64,000 bases of DNA from Paraspadella gotoi. Its lineage: Eukaryota > Animalia > Chaetognatha. The stretch lies in contig JBJCIZ010000239.1 in NCBI GenBank assembly GCA_051294375.1, positions 3,948,402-4,012,401 on the forward strand, in the 5' to 3' direction. Shown piece after piece: positions 25,809 to 39,270 of the stretch. Numbering within the stretch: the first letter of the stretch is position 1; each line of letters opens with the position of its first letter. Under the pieces are notes generated by a model. It did no database searches. It had not been told where the DNA came from and saw only the letters and a list, made by a program, of their open reading frames with translations. A program made the position numbers and the translations under genes.

Positions 25809-26104
25809 CATCGTCGTCGTCGTCGCGTTCAACAACTTCCGGTTGATCAGCGTCGAATCTCGTTTTGCGACGTCGACATCTGCTTTGCACCTGACGAATC
25901 GGATGCCGTTAGAGAATGATCGGGACGAGTTGGTTGTTGTTGTTGTTGTTGTTGTTGATGATGATGATGATGATGTTGATGATGATGATGATGATGATTC
26001 GTTAAAACGTCATTACGGTTTCTTGTCACAGAAAAAAACTACAATAATTGTAACAATGTAGCGGGCATTGGCTCAGGTTTACCTCAGATAGAAATATTAA
26101 TTCT

Positions 26105-26355
26105 TGAGCCGTGACTCATTGAGTAAAGACATCGGATCGTGACCGCGATTCACCGGGCTTAATTCCAACCCGGTGCCCGATCCCCTCGGGAAGCGCTAAG
26201 TGGGCAAAAGAGCGCTATCCACAACTCGTTTAATCCATCCAAGCAGCCTTGGAACGGGTCCTGGGCTTGGAAACAGGCATGGGGGATTTTCCAGGGTTTT
26301 CCATGGCGGTTACAGGCTCTCTTCACGCTTGGTCATGAGCGGATGGCTTAACTCG
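26105..26355. mobile_element. SINE head (+) abutting an inverted SINE copy (-)
   Basis: GTGACTCATTGAGTAAAGACATCGGATCGTGACC on +; GGAACGGGTCCTGGGCTTGG is the reverse complement of the core at ~11368 and ~55406. Confidence 0.55.
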
Positions 26356-26625
26356 GAAGGCCACCGGAGTTGAACCGAGGCAATTCCCGATACAATAACA
26401 ATAATAATAACAACAATGATGATGATTATAAAATAAATAATAAATGAATAAAAATGAATTTAAAATAAATGAAAGCTTTCACGTTAAGACGTTAAATTTA
26501 TACAGTAGGTTAAATAATGAGACAAACACACTTGCGCACTTGAAGTTAAAAGTTGAAACATAGTTTACGCTCGGAATCTCCGGATGGTACACGTCGCTCT
26601 CGCTTCCGGGCACGCCGAGAGAGAA

Positions 26626-26658
<33 letters not shown>

Positions 26659-26673
26659 AGAAAGGAGAGAGAG

Positions 26674-26744
<71 letters not shown>

Positions 26745-26976
26745 CGTGGAGCGTTAGTTACCTTTTAAGTTAATATCCTTCCAGCCAGGAATCCTCGGCC
26801 GGCGGGCCGAGTGGAATCCATTCATTCTAATTCTCTCCCTTCTCCCACTCCTCTCTCTCTCTTTCTCTCTCTCTTTTGCTCTTTCTGTAGATTCGCTTTC
26901 TTTTTTTGTAGTTTTGCCGTTAGTTTTCAGTAAGAAGAGGGAAAGAGAGTGAAAGAGGGGAAAGAGAGAGAGAGAG

Positions 26977-27031
<55 letters not shown>

Positions 27032-27092
27032 TGGAATGGAATGGAAACAGGAAAAAACTATCCCGATCTTAGATTGGAATTCATCTTATCGA

Positions 27093-27163
<71 letters not shown>

Positions 27164-28322
27164 TCTCTCTCTTCCCTTCCCCTCTCTCTCTCCTCCCTCT
27201 TCCCCTCTCACTTTCCTCTTTCTCTCTCTCATCCATTTTTTTTCTTTCCCAATTAAAAACAAAAACAAGTAAGAAAAAACTAAAGAAGGGTTTGGCCTCG
27301 TCTCAAACCGTCTATTAGGTTTGAAACAGATTAATCGCTTTTTGCAAAAACTCGAGTTTTTCCCGCCCTTCCGTTTGTTGTTGTTGTTGTTTTTTTTCTT
27401 TCTTTGTTTCTTTCTTNNNNNNNNNNNNNNNNNNNNNNNNNGCTCCGACGCTCTCTCTCATCCGCTACCTATTCCCTCTGTCTGAGATAATTCTATCCGT
27501 CAGTCCATTCTAGAAACGAGAGATCGCCCGTTTTCCTCCCCATTTCTATAATAAATTTCTTCATAAATATATTTCAATTATCGGATAAAAAAAAAAAATT
27601 AGAGAGAGAGTAATGAAAAAAATTCGATATTAATTTCCATTTAAAATCGAAAATGGATGCCTGACAATTAGATGGCTACACGTTTGAATATTGCTTGCCT
27701 CCCATTAAGGAGAGAAGAGAAACAGGGAGCGGATCTCTCTCTCTCATCTTATTTGTTGCTCTCTTCGTCTCTCTACCTTCTATCGTGATCTCCTTACTCA
27801 CAGTCTCTCCGCTCTCACTCCTCATCTCTCTCAACTCTTTGGGTGTCAATTCCACCTTCACACATATTTTTATATCTTTTTTTTCATTTTTTCTTCTTAC
27901 TTATCTTCTTCTCTCTCTCCGTCTCTCTCTCTCTCTCCCTCGACCCTCTCACCTCTCTTACTCCGCCCTCCCTTCCCTTCACCCCTCTCTCTCTTCAATC
28001 TTCACAGGAGGAAAAAAAATCTAATTTTTTGAAATGAAGCCATAAAAATCAATGTAGGCGAAGGATAGGATGGTCGAGTCGGGGAAAATAAGACTGGACG
28101 ACGAAATAAAGACGACGACGACGACGACGATGATGATGATACGAACGAAGAAGTCCTCTCGTTTCTCAAGAGGCCTTCCCGTCCGAGCAAACTGTTGGAA
28201 CGTCCCCCCCTCGGTGATGGAAAATAGGTGCGCGGTTCGAGGAAGCCGATTGGAACTTTTTTTTTACCTTTTACGTCCGAATTGTTTGTATTTTTGGATT
28301 ATATTATTGGATCAACATTTAT

Positions 28323-28519
28323 GGCATATCTCTTTTTCGAGAGTGCCCTAATTATTCTTCGTTTTGGCTCAGAATTTTAATTTAGACGTTAATATTTAAT
28401 AAATATGTTCTTAAACCAATATATAATCCTTAACAAAAACCCCAAATTCCTAAGCAAAATTTTTAAATTATATCACTCACCTCAAGAATGAAACGGTGCG
28501 TTCTGGAAAAATATAGGCC
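28323..28519. mobile_element. Short copy of the telomere-like-core MITE
   Basis: Left GGCATATCTCTTTTTCGAGAGTGCCC, right GGTGCGTTCTGGAAAAATATAGGCC. Confidence 0.5.
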
Positions 28520-30243
28520 AACATTTTTTAATACAAACAAGTTACTGCAATCAATATCTATAACAACAACTTTAACGAGCGACAACAAAAAACAATCCAA
28601 GAACGACGACGGTTGATAGAGAAAAACTGTCACCATTTTGACATTTTTATCAATTAACCGGTCTATGAATAAACAACGTCTCGCGGACAGAGATTGCGTC
28701 GATGATAATAACGACGACGACGATGAAAAAAGGCACGACGAGACGAAAACGATATAAGAAGACGAACGACGACAACGACGAAAATAAAAATATACAACAA
28801 CACGACGACAACGGACAACGACGAGAACGAGATGACAGAAAACAGAACAAACGAAGATAGAACAACTACTTTAAACGAACACAGACGAATAAAGACGACA
28901 ACTACAATGACGACGACATGATTAAATATACAATGACGATGCACGAACGAAGACTAAAAGACGACGACGAGCGACGACGATAAAACGACGACAACGGACG
29001 ACGATGACTTTCCAGATATTTTTTTCCTCCTTTTTTTTTTCTTTTTGGGGAGAGAAAAATTATTTTCCTTCTCTTTCCTGCGATGGGACGCGGAAGGCGT
29101 CCGTCAAGAATTAAGACCATTAAATTGGTCACAAACAATTGTAAAAATTACTTTATTTATTTAATAAATGAGCTATCTTGTCCTTGACTTTGGATAGGCT
29201 TTAGTGTAGTTTTCAAGCTTTCAAACAAGGCTCTCTCGCGTATGTTAGTTTAATTCACTGGCTTTCCTATCAATGAATTGTGCATAATGTTTCAAAGAAT
29301 ATTCAATGGCTCCTCAAATGGACTATTTTGTTAGGTATTAGATCGAGAAAATACTACTATATTGTACTCCTCAACTTATTTTGGCATATAATAATCAGTT
29401 TAAATTTTGTTATATTTTTGTGTGTTGTTATATATGAAATTGTGGACGACTTTATGTATATAACGAAGCTTTTTTTTGCTCATGACGCATGAAAAGCTGT
29501 TTTGTTGGTAAGACTATGTTTTTTTGGTTTTTTTCAGCAAAGTCGAGTTTATAAAGGAAAAAAAAGAAAAAAATCACGGACAAAAAAGAAGAAAAAATAA
29601 TTATATGTTTGTCGTATGTCGTTGTTGTCGTTGTTGTCGTTGTCGACAATGTCCATTTACATAAACGATTTGAGTCGTAGTGAGGAAACCGCTGGTTCTT
29701 ACTTTATACTAAACCATAATCCCAACCGATCTACAGACTCGTTGAAAGCTATGTCGCCTGCGTGTAGCGCTTTTCCTACTTTTTGGTCAAAATTTTTTTT
29801 GCGGCCATTCCTTTCCATTTCCATCCCATTCCTTACTGCGATTTCCATTTCCGATTCCACGCTGAATATATCCGAGTGAATTTTAACGTTAATTTCATTC
29901 GGCTTGCTTATAAAAATTCACAAAAGTTTTTTGCCAGCAGAGAAAAGAGCAACGAATCCAAATAATTTTTGTATCCTCTTGTTTGGAAATCTTTCGTCGG
30001 ACGCCAATTTTACCGGTTTTATTGATGAATTTGAAGCCAAACTGATTAACAGACTTTGTTTGTATTGTTTGTTATCAAGATTAAAAACTGCAAATGCAAA
30101 TTGGTTTGAAGCCTATTTTGTTTTTTTTGAGGGGCGAGATGACGCACCTGTGGCTGTCTCTAGATTTCTTCTTTTTCTTTCGCTCTCTTTGCTCTCATCT
30201 CCTACTTTTCTCTCTCTCTCTCGCCTCGTCTCGTCTCTCTCTC

Positions 30244-30281
<38 letters not shown>

Positions 30282-30436
30282 CACTTTGTGTTTGCCTTCC
30301 TTTTAGACCAAAAAGTAAGGCGGGTCGGATTCCCGTCTAGACGCTTCCCCTCACGAAAGGAGCCAAAATTAAAGAAGAGGAAAAAAGAAAGAAAGAAGAA
30401 AGAAAGAAGAAAGAAAGAAAGAAAGAAGAAAAGAAA

Positions 30437-30469
<33 letters not shown>

Positions 30470-30475
<6 letters not shown>

Positions 30476-30730
30476 AAAGAAAGAAAAAACAACAACAACA
30501 ACAAACGGAAGGGCGGGAAAAAACTCGAGTTTTTGCAAAAGGCGATTAATCTGTTTTCAAACCTAATAGACGGTTTGAGACGAGGCCAAACCCTTCCTTT
30601 AGTTTTTTTCTTTACTTGTTTTTGTTTTTTAATTGGGAAAAGAAAAAAATGGATGAGAGAGAGAAAGAGGAAAGTGAGAGGGGAAGAGGGAGGAGGAGAG
30701 AGAGGGAGGAAGGGAAGAGAAGAGAAGGAG

Positions 30731-30793
<63 letters not shown>

Positions 30794-30909
30794 AGGGAGT
30801 TCTTTCTGCGATAAGATGAATTCCCAATCTAAGATCGGGATAGTTTTTTTTTTCCTGTTTCAATTCCATCCATTCCATTCTTTCCTCCTCTCTCTCTCTC
30901 GTTCTCTCT

Positions 30910-30950
<41 letters not shown>

Positions 30951-31182
30951 CTCTCTCTTTTTCCTCTTTTTCCTTCTCCCTTTTCCCTCTTTTTAACTGA
31001 CTAACGGCAAAACTACAAAAAAAGAAAGCGAATCTAACAGAAAGAAGCAAAAAGAGGAGAGAGAAAGAGAGAGATGAGGAGTGGTAGAGGGAGAGAATTA
31101 GAATTAATGGATTCACTCTGCGCCCGCCGCCGAGGATTCCTGGCTGAAGGATATTAACTTAAAGGTAACTAACGTCCCAACG

Positions 31183-31230
<48 letters not shown>

Positions 31231-31608
31231 CTCTCCTCTCTCTCTCTCTCTCTCTCCTCTCTACTCTCTCTCTTCCTCTCCTCTTCTCCTACGTTCTAAT
31301 CTCTCTCTCTCTCTCTCTCTATCATCTCTCTCTCTCTTCTCTCTCCTCTCTCTCTCTCTCTCGGCGTGCCAGGAAGCGAGAAGCGACGTGTACCATCCGA
31401 AGATTCCGGAGCGTAAACTAATGTTTCAACTTTTTAACTTTAAGTTGACCAAGTGTGTTAGTCTAATTATTTAACTATGTATAATTTAACGTCTATAACA
31501 GTTGAAAGCTTTCATTTATTTTAAATTCATTTTTTATATTCATTTATTGATTTATTTTTATAATCATTATCATTGTTGGTTATTATTAATTGTTATTGTA
31601 TCGGGAAT
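30470..31608 (-). repeat. Inverted copy of 26381-27416
   Basis: For example GGATGGTACACGTCGCT (26582) versus AGCGACGTGTACCATCC (31382); the match ends at the DIRS 3' end. Confidence 0.85.
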
Positions 31609-31929
31609 TTTTTATTCTTTATTGGAATACTAAATTCCTATATCGTACCGCGCTCGCCACGAAATGCCCTTTTTGTTCGCGCCTAGTCGATAGTATCCGC
31701 GCGTTTATCAGAGTAAAGAAAACAGAACAAAATAAACATCGAAAGATGGCAAAAAAAGAAAAACACGAGGGAATGCCGTCCACGTGGACCGAAGCCGCTG
31801 ACCAATTGGAAGCCACGGCACACAATCAAGCCCGAGGCTCCCTCCCTCATGCCGGGTATACGGAAAGCCTCTCAAACGTCCTAGAAGAAACCCCGGAGGG
31901 GCGCTCCACACAGCGCGAACCGTCCCCTC

Positions 31930-32800
31930 AGTGGGCACCAGGAAAAAGTCTGCACGCGAGACCAGACCAATCTCCCGCGGCGAGGAAGACGACCAAGATC
32001 CATTCAGCGGGCAAGGCGTCCCGAGACCAGCCATACGCGCGCAGTCGACCCGGGGCGAGAAACAGGTCCCGCAACCTCCAAGAAAAGTTCCTTGAGATGG
32101 GAGGCGTAAACGCTGCGCTCGAGAGCTTGGCGAAGAGGCGGCCGGGAGGCGCAGAAAGGAAAATCGTGCGGCGAGCGCCATTCCGAACTGCAGAGAGAGC
32201 CAATGCGCAGCGCCTGAACGGCAAACGATCACTGAGAGCGGCAGTGAATGCGAGCACGAACGCCTTTTGACCCCTGTGTCCGAACCCTGTCCGTCTTCGA
32301 GAGCGTCGATGGAAACTGACGAACGTGATCTGGTGCGCTAAGGAAAAGAAGCCCACGTGCAAACAGAAGAGAGAACGATGCTCAAAAGGAGCGACGAGCT
32401 GACGCTAAAGCGACGGAAAGAGCGAGCGTCGTAGAAGATCCCTCGGCGGCTATCGGAAGTGGCGCCAGAGTCGAAGATAGCGCTAAAAACCGAGGAGCCA
32501 GCATTTCCCACGTGGGGAAAATCCGACGTGAGGGGAAAGGGCGTCTCCTCGAAAAACTCCTTGAGAAGGGCCAGACAAAGAAGCTCTCCAACCGCGCTCC
32601 GCCAGGGGGGGAGAGAAACTGAATGGCGATCTGTGCTGTACGAGGCGTAGAACAATACCATCTCGAGAGCTGAGATCTCGAACCTCTCTAATCTCTGAAG
32701 GAAGTTCAGCAAAGAGGAGCACACAAGCTCTGGGTAAGAGGCTCTCTGGTAGAACCTCTCAGCTGGTCGACGAAGACGAGGAGGTGGAAGTCGTCGATGT
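31930..32800 (-). pseudogene. DIRS tyrosine recombinase region, disrupted
   Basis: LALSS near box I, IFLS..PP, GST(A)R at the HSTR position and AGDWS..QTF near the C-terminus; lies downstream of MT. Confidence 0.6.
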
Positions 32801-32929
32801 CGGAGAGATTGTGGCACCCAAGCTCTAAAATCCTCCAGAGCGAACGAGCCTGAAGCGATCCGCCTGCGTAGGCGGAAGTTCCGGTACGGGTCGACGACGA
32901 GGTTTTCGCGGCGCCGGAAGGCGCCTCGC

Positions 32930-33230
32930 GTCGCAAAGAATCCGAAGGAGAAGTAGGCTCGGGAACCACTTCTGAGCTGGCCAAAACGGGGTGATAAGGA
33001 GAAAGGGCCCCTCGCCTTTCTCCAGCTTGCGGAATCACGATCAACGAGCAGAGGAGGGGGGAGGAAAGAGATGGCCGGAGGTCGAAGAACCCAGCGTTGC
33101 GCCAGGCGTGCTATTCCCTCCGCCTCCGGCGTCGCTCCCAGGTCGAAAAAAGCGTGGAACTTGAAGCCGACCGGGGAGTCGCGCCAGATCGATGCTGGGG
33201 AGACGCGAAGACGTCGACCCATGCTGGCTG
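32930..33230 (-). pseudogene. DIRS methyltransferase-like (MT) domain, disrupted
   Basis: VDVFAS...HLFPPP...KLEKARGP..LITPFWPAQKWFP resembles the DLFAS/YxFPP/PxWxxQxW pattern of the DIRS1 MT domain. Confidence 0.75.
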
Positions 33231-33299
33231 GAAAACTCTCGGAAGGAGTCTCGCAGTCCGCCAACCTTTGCGGCCCTCGACGGCCGCGTCGCGTGATGA

Positions 33300-34650
33300 G
33301 ATTTCTCCTCCGAAGAACAGAAGAAGGACTCCTGAAATCCGAACTTCAGGTAGGAGCCCAGTAGAAGTGTCTTCCCTGACTACTTCGTGGAGAGCCTGCG
33401 ACTCATGCTGCAGCCCCGACGAAGGCAGGTGAGAGAAGAACGAGGCTGTCCGTCTTCCAAGGATGGACGCGCCGTGGAAAGAAGCTCCGAATCGTTGCAG
33501 GAAAGATTCTTCAGAACTGTGAACTCCCTTCTCACATTGATATGGAGAGGGGCAATCCGCAGATCGGCCAGGTTTCCCTCGACAAATCGGCACGACCTGA
33601 TGGAGAAACCATCCCCTGCGACGAAGCATCCGTCGATCACCTCCACAGCGTGCAGATCCTCCGGGAGGGTGCGATCAGATCGGAGCCAGATAGCACTGGT
33701 TCCGAGAAAGGCTGCGATCCACCGCAGCTCCTCTATCGCCGGCGAGTTGGAGAGGAACAACGGGTCGAGGATGCTCTTCTCAACGACGGCGACTTGTAGG
33801 CGATTGGCGTCACATCGCTGAATCCTGCGAAGACCGGCAACGCAGCAGCGGAACTGGCCATGGACGCCGCCGTCGAATGGCCTAGAAGCTGAAGGCACTG
33901 ACAGGGCACGTGGTGCCGGTCGTTGACGAAGATTCTCCGCGTAGAGAGCGAAGAGTCGTAATTTTCGTCCTCGCGGGAGCGCGATGGAAGTGGGAGAGGC
34001 TTGTCCCCAATACGAAACCGAGGAAAATCGAAACCATCTGGCGATGGGGAACAGGCTCGACTTCCTGAAGAGTGGATGATGAACCCCGCCTCCTTGAGTA
34101 GCAACACCGCCTCCGAGTGCTTCGTCGACAATCGTCCGCCGAGAGATCCCAAGAATCAAGATGTCGTCTATAATAAAAGAGGCATCAGAATCCCTGTTGG
34201 CGAGCCAACTGCACTAAAGGTCTCAGTCGAACTTGGATGAAAAAGCCTAAAGGCCAGTCAGAGAGGAGACCGAATGGAAGGAACACCTCTGTACTGGTAA
34301 AACAATGCGGCCCTTCAATGAAGGCGGCAAAAACTTCCGATGCTTCCCTCGTGAAATCGGGAGATAGAGATTTTAAAGCATCTAGAAGGTCTTCGAGGCA
34401 ACCCCAATCGCCTCGTCGAAACATCCTTCGTACGTCCGGGGCTCTTCGAAAAGCGAGGAAAGCTTGGAAAAGAAAGCCCGGAGAAAACCGGGACTACCAT
34501 CGAAGGCGTTAATCCTTCTCGCAAGCCAGCCGGCAAACCCTCCTGCGTCCCCGCCCCAAGGGGCCCCCTCCCCCCGTCTGCGGTCTCCGCTAAAAGTGGT
34601 GTCTTCGTGCGAGAAGGGAGACGGGTATAGCGTGCTGGAACGACGCTTCG
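33300..34650 (-). pseudogene. DIRS reverse transcriptase plus RNase H region, disrupted
   Basis: RT motifs DLxDA, LPFGL, (Y)IDD, GFxI..KS and FLGF; RNase H motifs TDAS and HIN. Several indels. Confidence 0.85.
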
Positions 34651-35698
34651 TCCCCCTCCGAGAAGGCATCCCGAGAAGTTTGGAGAATGGGTGACGTCTC
34701 GCCAACGAGCCGTCCGTCCTTTTGAAAGAGACGAAAGCCGATCCGAACGGGGGCTTCGGAAGAAAGCGCCGGCGTTGAAAAAGTTCCCGTGTCGAGACTC
34801 GAGTGCCATGGGCGGATTCCAAGGCCTAAAACCTGGGCGGTCGACGAGGCGGCGACCGCGAGGGAAAGGCGTTTCGAGTCAATTATTCATCCCAGCCGGG
34901 ACGCGAGTCCGCGGCCCTATTCGCCGACTCCCAGACGCATTTGCGGGGAAACAGACTTCTTGGGGTCGCACTGTGCGCTTGAAGGAAGAGCACTTCGAGC
35001 GGAAACGAGGGCGGCTTGTCGCAGCGGGTTTGGCGCGAGCGACATGGGGGTAGAGAGAGGGAGAAAGAGAGAGAGAAAGAAAGAGAAAGAGAGAGAAAGA
35101 GAGGGAGAGAGGAAAGGAAGAGGAAGACAGCAGAAGGACAGAGAGAGAAAGAAAGGACTCAAGAAATAAAAGAGAGAGTGAGTGGGGGATAAAGAAGGAA
35201 CAGGAAAGAATAGAGAAGAAAAAAATAGAGAGGAGAAGAGAGAAGAATAAAGTATAACGGAAAACAATAGAGAGGAGAATAGAGATGAAGAAAGAAGAGA
35301 ATAAAGAAAAAAAGAGCGGAAAGAGAGAAAAATATAAAAGAATAGAAAAAAGAGGAAAGTAAAGAAGAATAGAGAAGAAAAGATAAAAGAATAGAGATGA
35401 GAATAGGGAAAAATTAAGAAGAAAGAGATTAAAATAGAGAGAAAAAAGAAGAAAATAGAGAAGAATAGAGAAAAGAATAGAGAAGAATAGAGAAGAATAG
35501 AGAGAAAAAATAAAGAGGAAAATAAAGGGGAAAAAAAGAAGAAGAGAATAGAGAAGAAAGATAGGAAAATAGAGAAGAATAGAGGGGAAAGAGAGGATAA
35601 TTCGCCATATTTCCTCGTCTTGAATTATGGCTTCTCGCTCTGCACGATCTCTCTCTTCATTTTATGCCCAACATTCGCTTCAATAAGGAAATCGGATA

Positions 35699-35758
<60 letters not shown>

Positions 35759-38531
35759 AGAGAGAAAGGAGAGAGAGAGAGAGGGAGGGCGACGAGTCAT
35801 AAGGGAAGAGAGAGATGAGAGGGGAGGCGAGAGAGAGAGGTGAGAGAGACAGAGAGAGAGAGAGAGGAGACAGAGAGCAGAAATAAGAGAGAGAGCAGAG
35901 AGGAGCAGAAAGAGAGAGAGAGAGAGAGAGCATAGCGGGGGGGAGCAGAGAGGGAGAGAGATGAGAGAGATGAGAGAGAGAGATTAGCGAGGGAGAGAGA
36001 GAGGGGGAGAGACAGGGAGAGAGAGAGAGAGATGAGAAGAGGGAGACGATGGAGAGGATGAGAGAGAGAGAGAGATGATGAGAGAGTAAAAAGACGAGAG
36101 AGCACGAGGCGTCAAATTGAAGTCTCTTTGTTCCTTTCTTAACACATAAATTAGTGGTTTTTTAAAATCGAATTCGGTTTAGAAGTTGAAANNNNNNNNN
36201 NNNNNNNNNNNNNNNNCTCTCTCTCTCTCCTTTATTTTGGTCTCTTCCCTCTAACACCCTTTTGGCAAAAAATGTTGAACTCTAATCTCATTTGCATATT
36301 GCAGTTTTTCATAATACTAGTTCTTTTCGGCGTGTAACTATATTTAGTTACATTGAAACGACAGTTTTTTTGTAGGCTAAAGCGAAGGCTATTGTAATTA
36401 TCTATTACTATTACTGCATAACTTATATACCTAACAGGAACGTTTTAAAGAAATTACTGAATCTCGTCAAATGTCAATTTAACTAGCTAAACTTACTTTT
36501 CTGCATATTTTAAAAAAGTCATTTTTCTTTAAAATTTTCGCCTCTGAAAAGAGCATCATCAAAAAGTTGGCAAACAAACAAGGGATAGTTTATTTGAACG
36601 ATAGAAGAGAGTTAAGGCGTGTCAATAAGGTGGCTCTCGAGGGCGTTGGGCCTTGGGGCCCAACAGAATCAATTAAAGATTGAAAAATTTATAAATGTTA
36701 AAAACATCAAACACAATAACGTAATATTAATTAATTAATTATTGTTCAACATTCTGTTGACGTTTTTTTCCTTTCATACATTATAATACGTTATTGTTTG
36801 TAACGTTTTTAGTTGCGCAACTCTATAAGTCACTTTTCGGTAGGTCTGTCGGTCCGTCGGTCGGAATGTCTGTCCGTCGGTTGGTAGCTCTTTTTTTAAG
36901 ACTAAAACTAAAACTAAAAAAAAAAATAAAAGACAGAATTTTGATGCAATTTTTATTTGTTTACTGTGTTCTACTGTTCCAGTCTTTTTTCGCTGTCATT
37001 GGTACCCTTACTGCCTTTTGTTTAAAATAAAAAACCAAAACACTTTTTGCCTACAAAAAAAATGTAATTGGTGATTAAAGTCGGAGTGGCTCCCGGACTC
37101 GTGGAAGAGTAAGATAGAGAGGAGAGAGAGAGAGAGAGAGAGAAGTAATAAGACGAGAGAGGCAAGATGGGTGCAATATTGAAGTCTTCTTGTTATACCA
37201 CTCCGACGGGTTTTTTTGCTTTTTTTTGCCTTATTTGTTTTTTCTTTTTTCTGTCGAAAATATCGAGATTTTTGTTTTTAGGTCAAGTAGAGATCAAGGA
37301 ATATAGTCGCTTTGTTTTTTCGATGGTGCTAGCGATCGGTGCTTGCTCGTATGCTCGGTCTCTTCTCTTCTCGTCTTCTCATTCTCTTCGTGGCTCGTCG
37401 TTCTGTTGCTCTGCCGTCTCTTCTCGGTGTCAGTCTCCAGTCTCTGTTCCGGTCATGCTGCTGGCTCTCATTTCTCGTCTCTCGTCTTGCCTTTTAATTT
37501 TTGTGGTCTCTCATCCCTCTAAACACCGCTTGTTTGGCATAACAAATGTTGAACGCTCTACATTCTCATTTTTGCATAGTTGCGAGTTTTTCCGATAATA
37601 CTGTATGTTTCTTTCGGCGTGTAAGAGCTGATAATTTAGTGTACACGTTGAAGAACGGACATGTTTTTTTGGTAGGCCATAAGAGGGCGAAGGGCGTATT
37701 GGGCTAATTATCTTATTACTATTAGCTTGTGGCATAACTTATATACCCTTAACAGGAACGTTTTAAGAAAAATTACTGAAATCTCGTCAATATGTCAATT
37801 TTAACTAGCTATACTATACTGTTTCTGGCAGTATTTTATTAAAAAGTCATTGTTTTCCTTTTCAAATTTTCAAGCCCTCTGAGAAAGAGCATCATCAAAA
37901 AAGTTGGCGAAAAGGCAAAACAAGGGAATACGTTTACTATTGTTTACGGAATAGAAGAAGATGTTAAGAGTGCGTGTCCAATAGGTGGCTCTCGAGGGCT
38001 GTTTTGGGCTCTTGGGGCCGCAACAGAATCAAGTTGACATAGATTGAAAAATTTTAGTAATATGTAACAAAACATCAAACAGCAATACTTTAAGAATCGT
38101 AAAATATTAATTTTTTAATTAATTATGTGTTTCAATCATTCTGATGAACAGTTTCTTTTCCTTGTCGATACATTATAATTACGTTATTGTTTGTCAACTG
38201 TATTCTTTAGTTATAGTTAATAGTTATACGTAATACCGCTTTAAATGCAATTATCGGTTTTTGTTTCTTTCAGAAAATGGTGGTATGATGAAGTCAAGAT
38301 TTTTATTTGTTTTCTGTTTAGGCGAACTTTTCACTTCCGACAAGCAGAGCAAGATAAAGAAAAGTGCGGCAGGATCGGGCGATTCGCCATCTCTCGGCTC
38401 TGGCTGCCTCATCGTCTTTCTGGTCTCTGGCTGCTCCTTCCAGTCCTCTCGCTCATCCGTCTCTCGGTGTCCTCTCTCTCTCTCTGCATCCGATCTCGTC
38501 CTCCCTNNNNNNNNNNNNNNNNNNNNNNNNN

Positions 38532-38562
<31 letters not shown>

Positions 38563-39270
38563 CTCTCTCCATGGATTAATATCCTTCACCATTAGATTTC
38601 CCCCTTTTCACAAAATTCCAAAAAAACTTTCTAGATCGGTCGGTCGGTCTATGCGTCGGAGAGTAAAAAAAAAGAAAAAAGAAGGAGAAGGAAGAAAAAG
38701 AAAAGAAGGAAAAAAAGACCAAAAAATTGAAGGAGGGAAAAAAAAAGGAAAATAAAATGAAGGGACAAGTTTTAAGTGTTGCGCCCTAGTGACTTTCTTG
38801 TATATATTCATTTAAAAAAAAATCATGAAATTGGTACAGCCAATATAAAAATTATCCATTCCTTTAATAAATAAGCTATCTTGCCCCTGACTATGGACAG
38901 GCTTTGGTGGTTTAAGGCCTCCATCACTCTTACAAGATAATGACATAACATGTCCCTGCAAGCTTTCAATCAAGACTCACTCAGTCTCGTTTATTCACTC
39001 ATTCACTCATGTAATTCCGGAATTATAAAAAAAAAATCATGAAAAGATCTTATGGTTGATCACATAATTATAAAGTATTAGATATAAAGTAAAATAACCA
39101 AGTACTACACAAACCATACCGTATTGATTTTCTGAACATGTTACCATCTTTTGATATGGTAACTTGATTAAGCAAGTATGAAACATAGGCACACTGGGTT
39201 TAATAATACATCTACCTTTTAATATTCAATTTTTTGACCTAAGTTCGTTTTTTGGTCCATTGATCATATT

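Larger units (their letters stand above)
31609..35050 (-). mobile_element. DIRS-type tyrosine-recombinase retrotransposon (RT-RNaseH-MT-YR), 5'-truncated, many frameshifts
   Basis: GC-rich island. Frame-hopping minus-strand translation shows GDW...DLLDA (~34380), LPFGL (~34275), IDDILILG (~34165), GFII...KSSL, TDASSQG (~33620), LHINVR (~33540), VDVFAS (~33210), ITPFWPAQKWFP (~32975) and AGDWS..VQTF (~31960), in the domain order of DIRS1 elements. Confidence 0.88.

Noticed and set aside
31590-34822. Plus-strand ORFs over the GC-rich island
   Set aside because: They are antisense shadows of the DIRS coding strand; all recognisable motifs are on minus.
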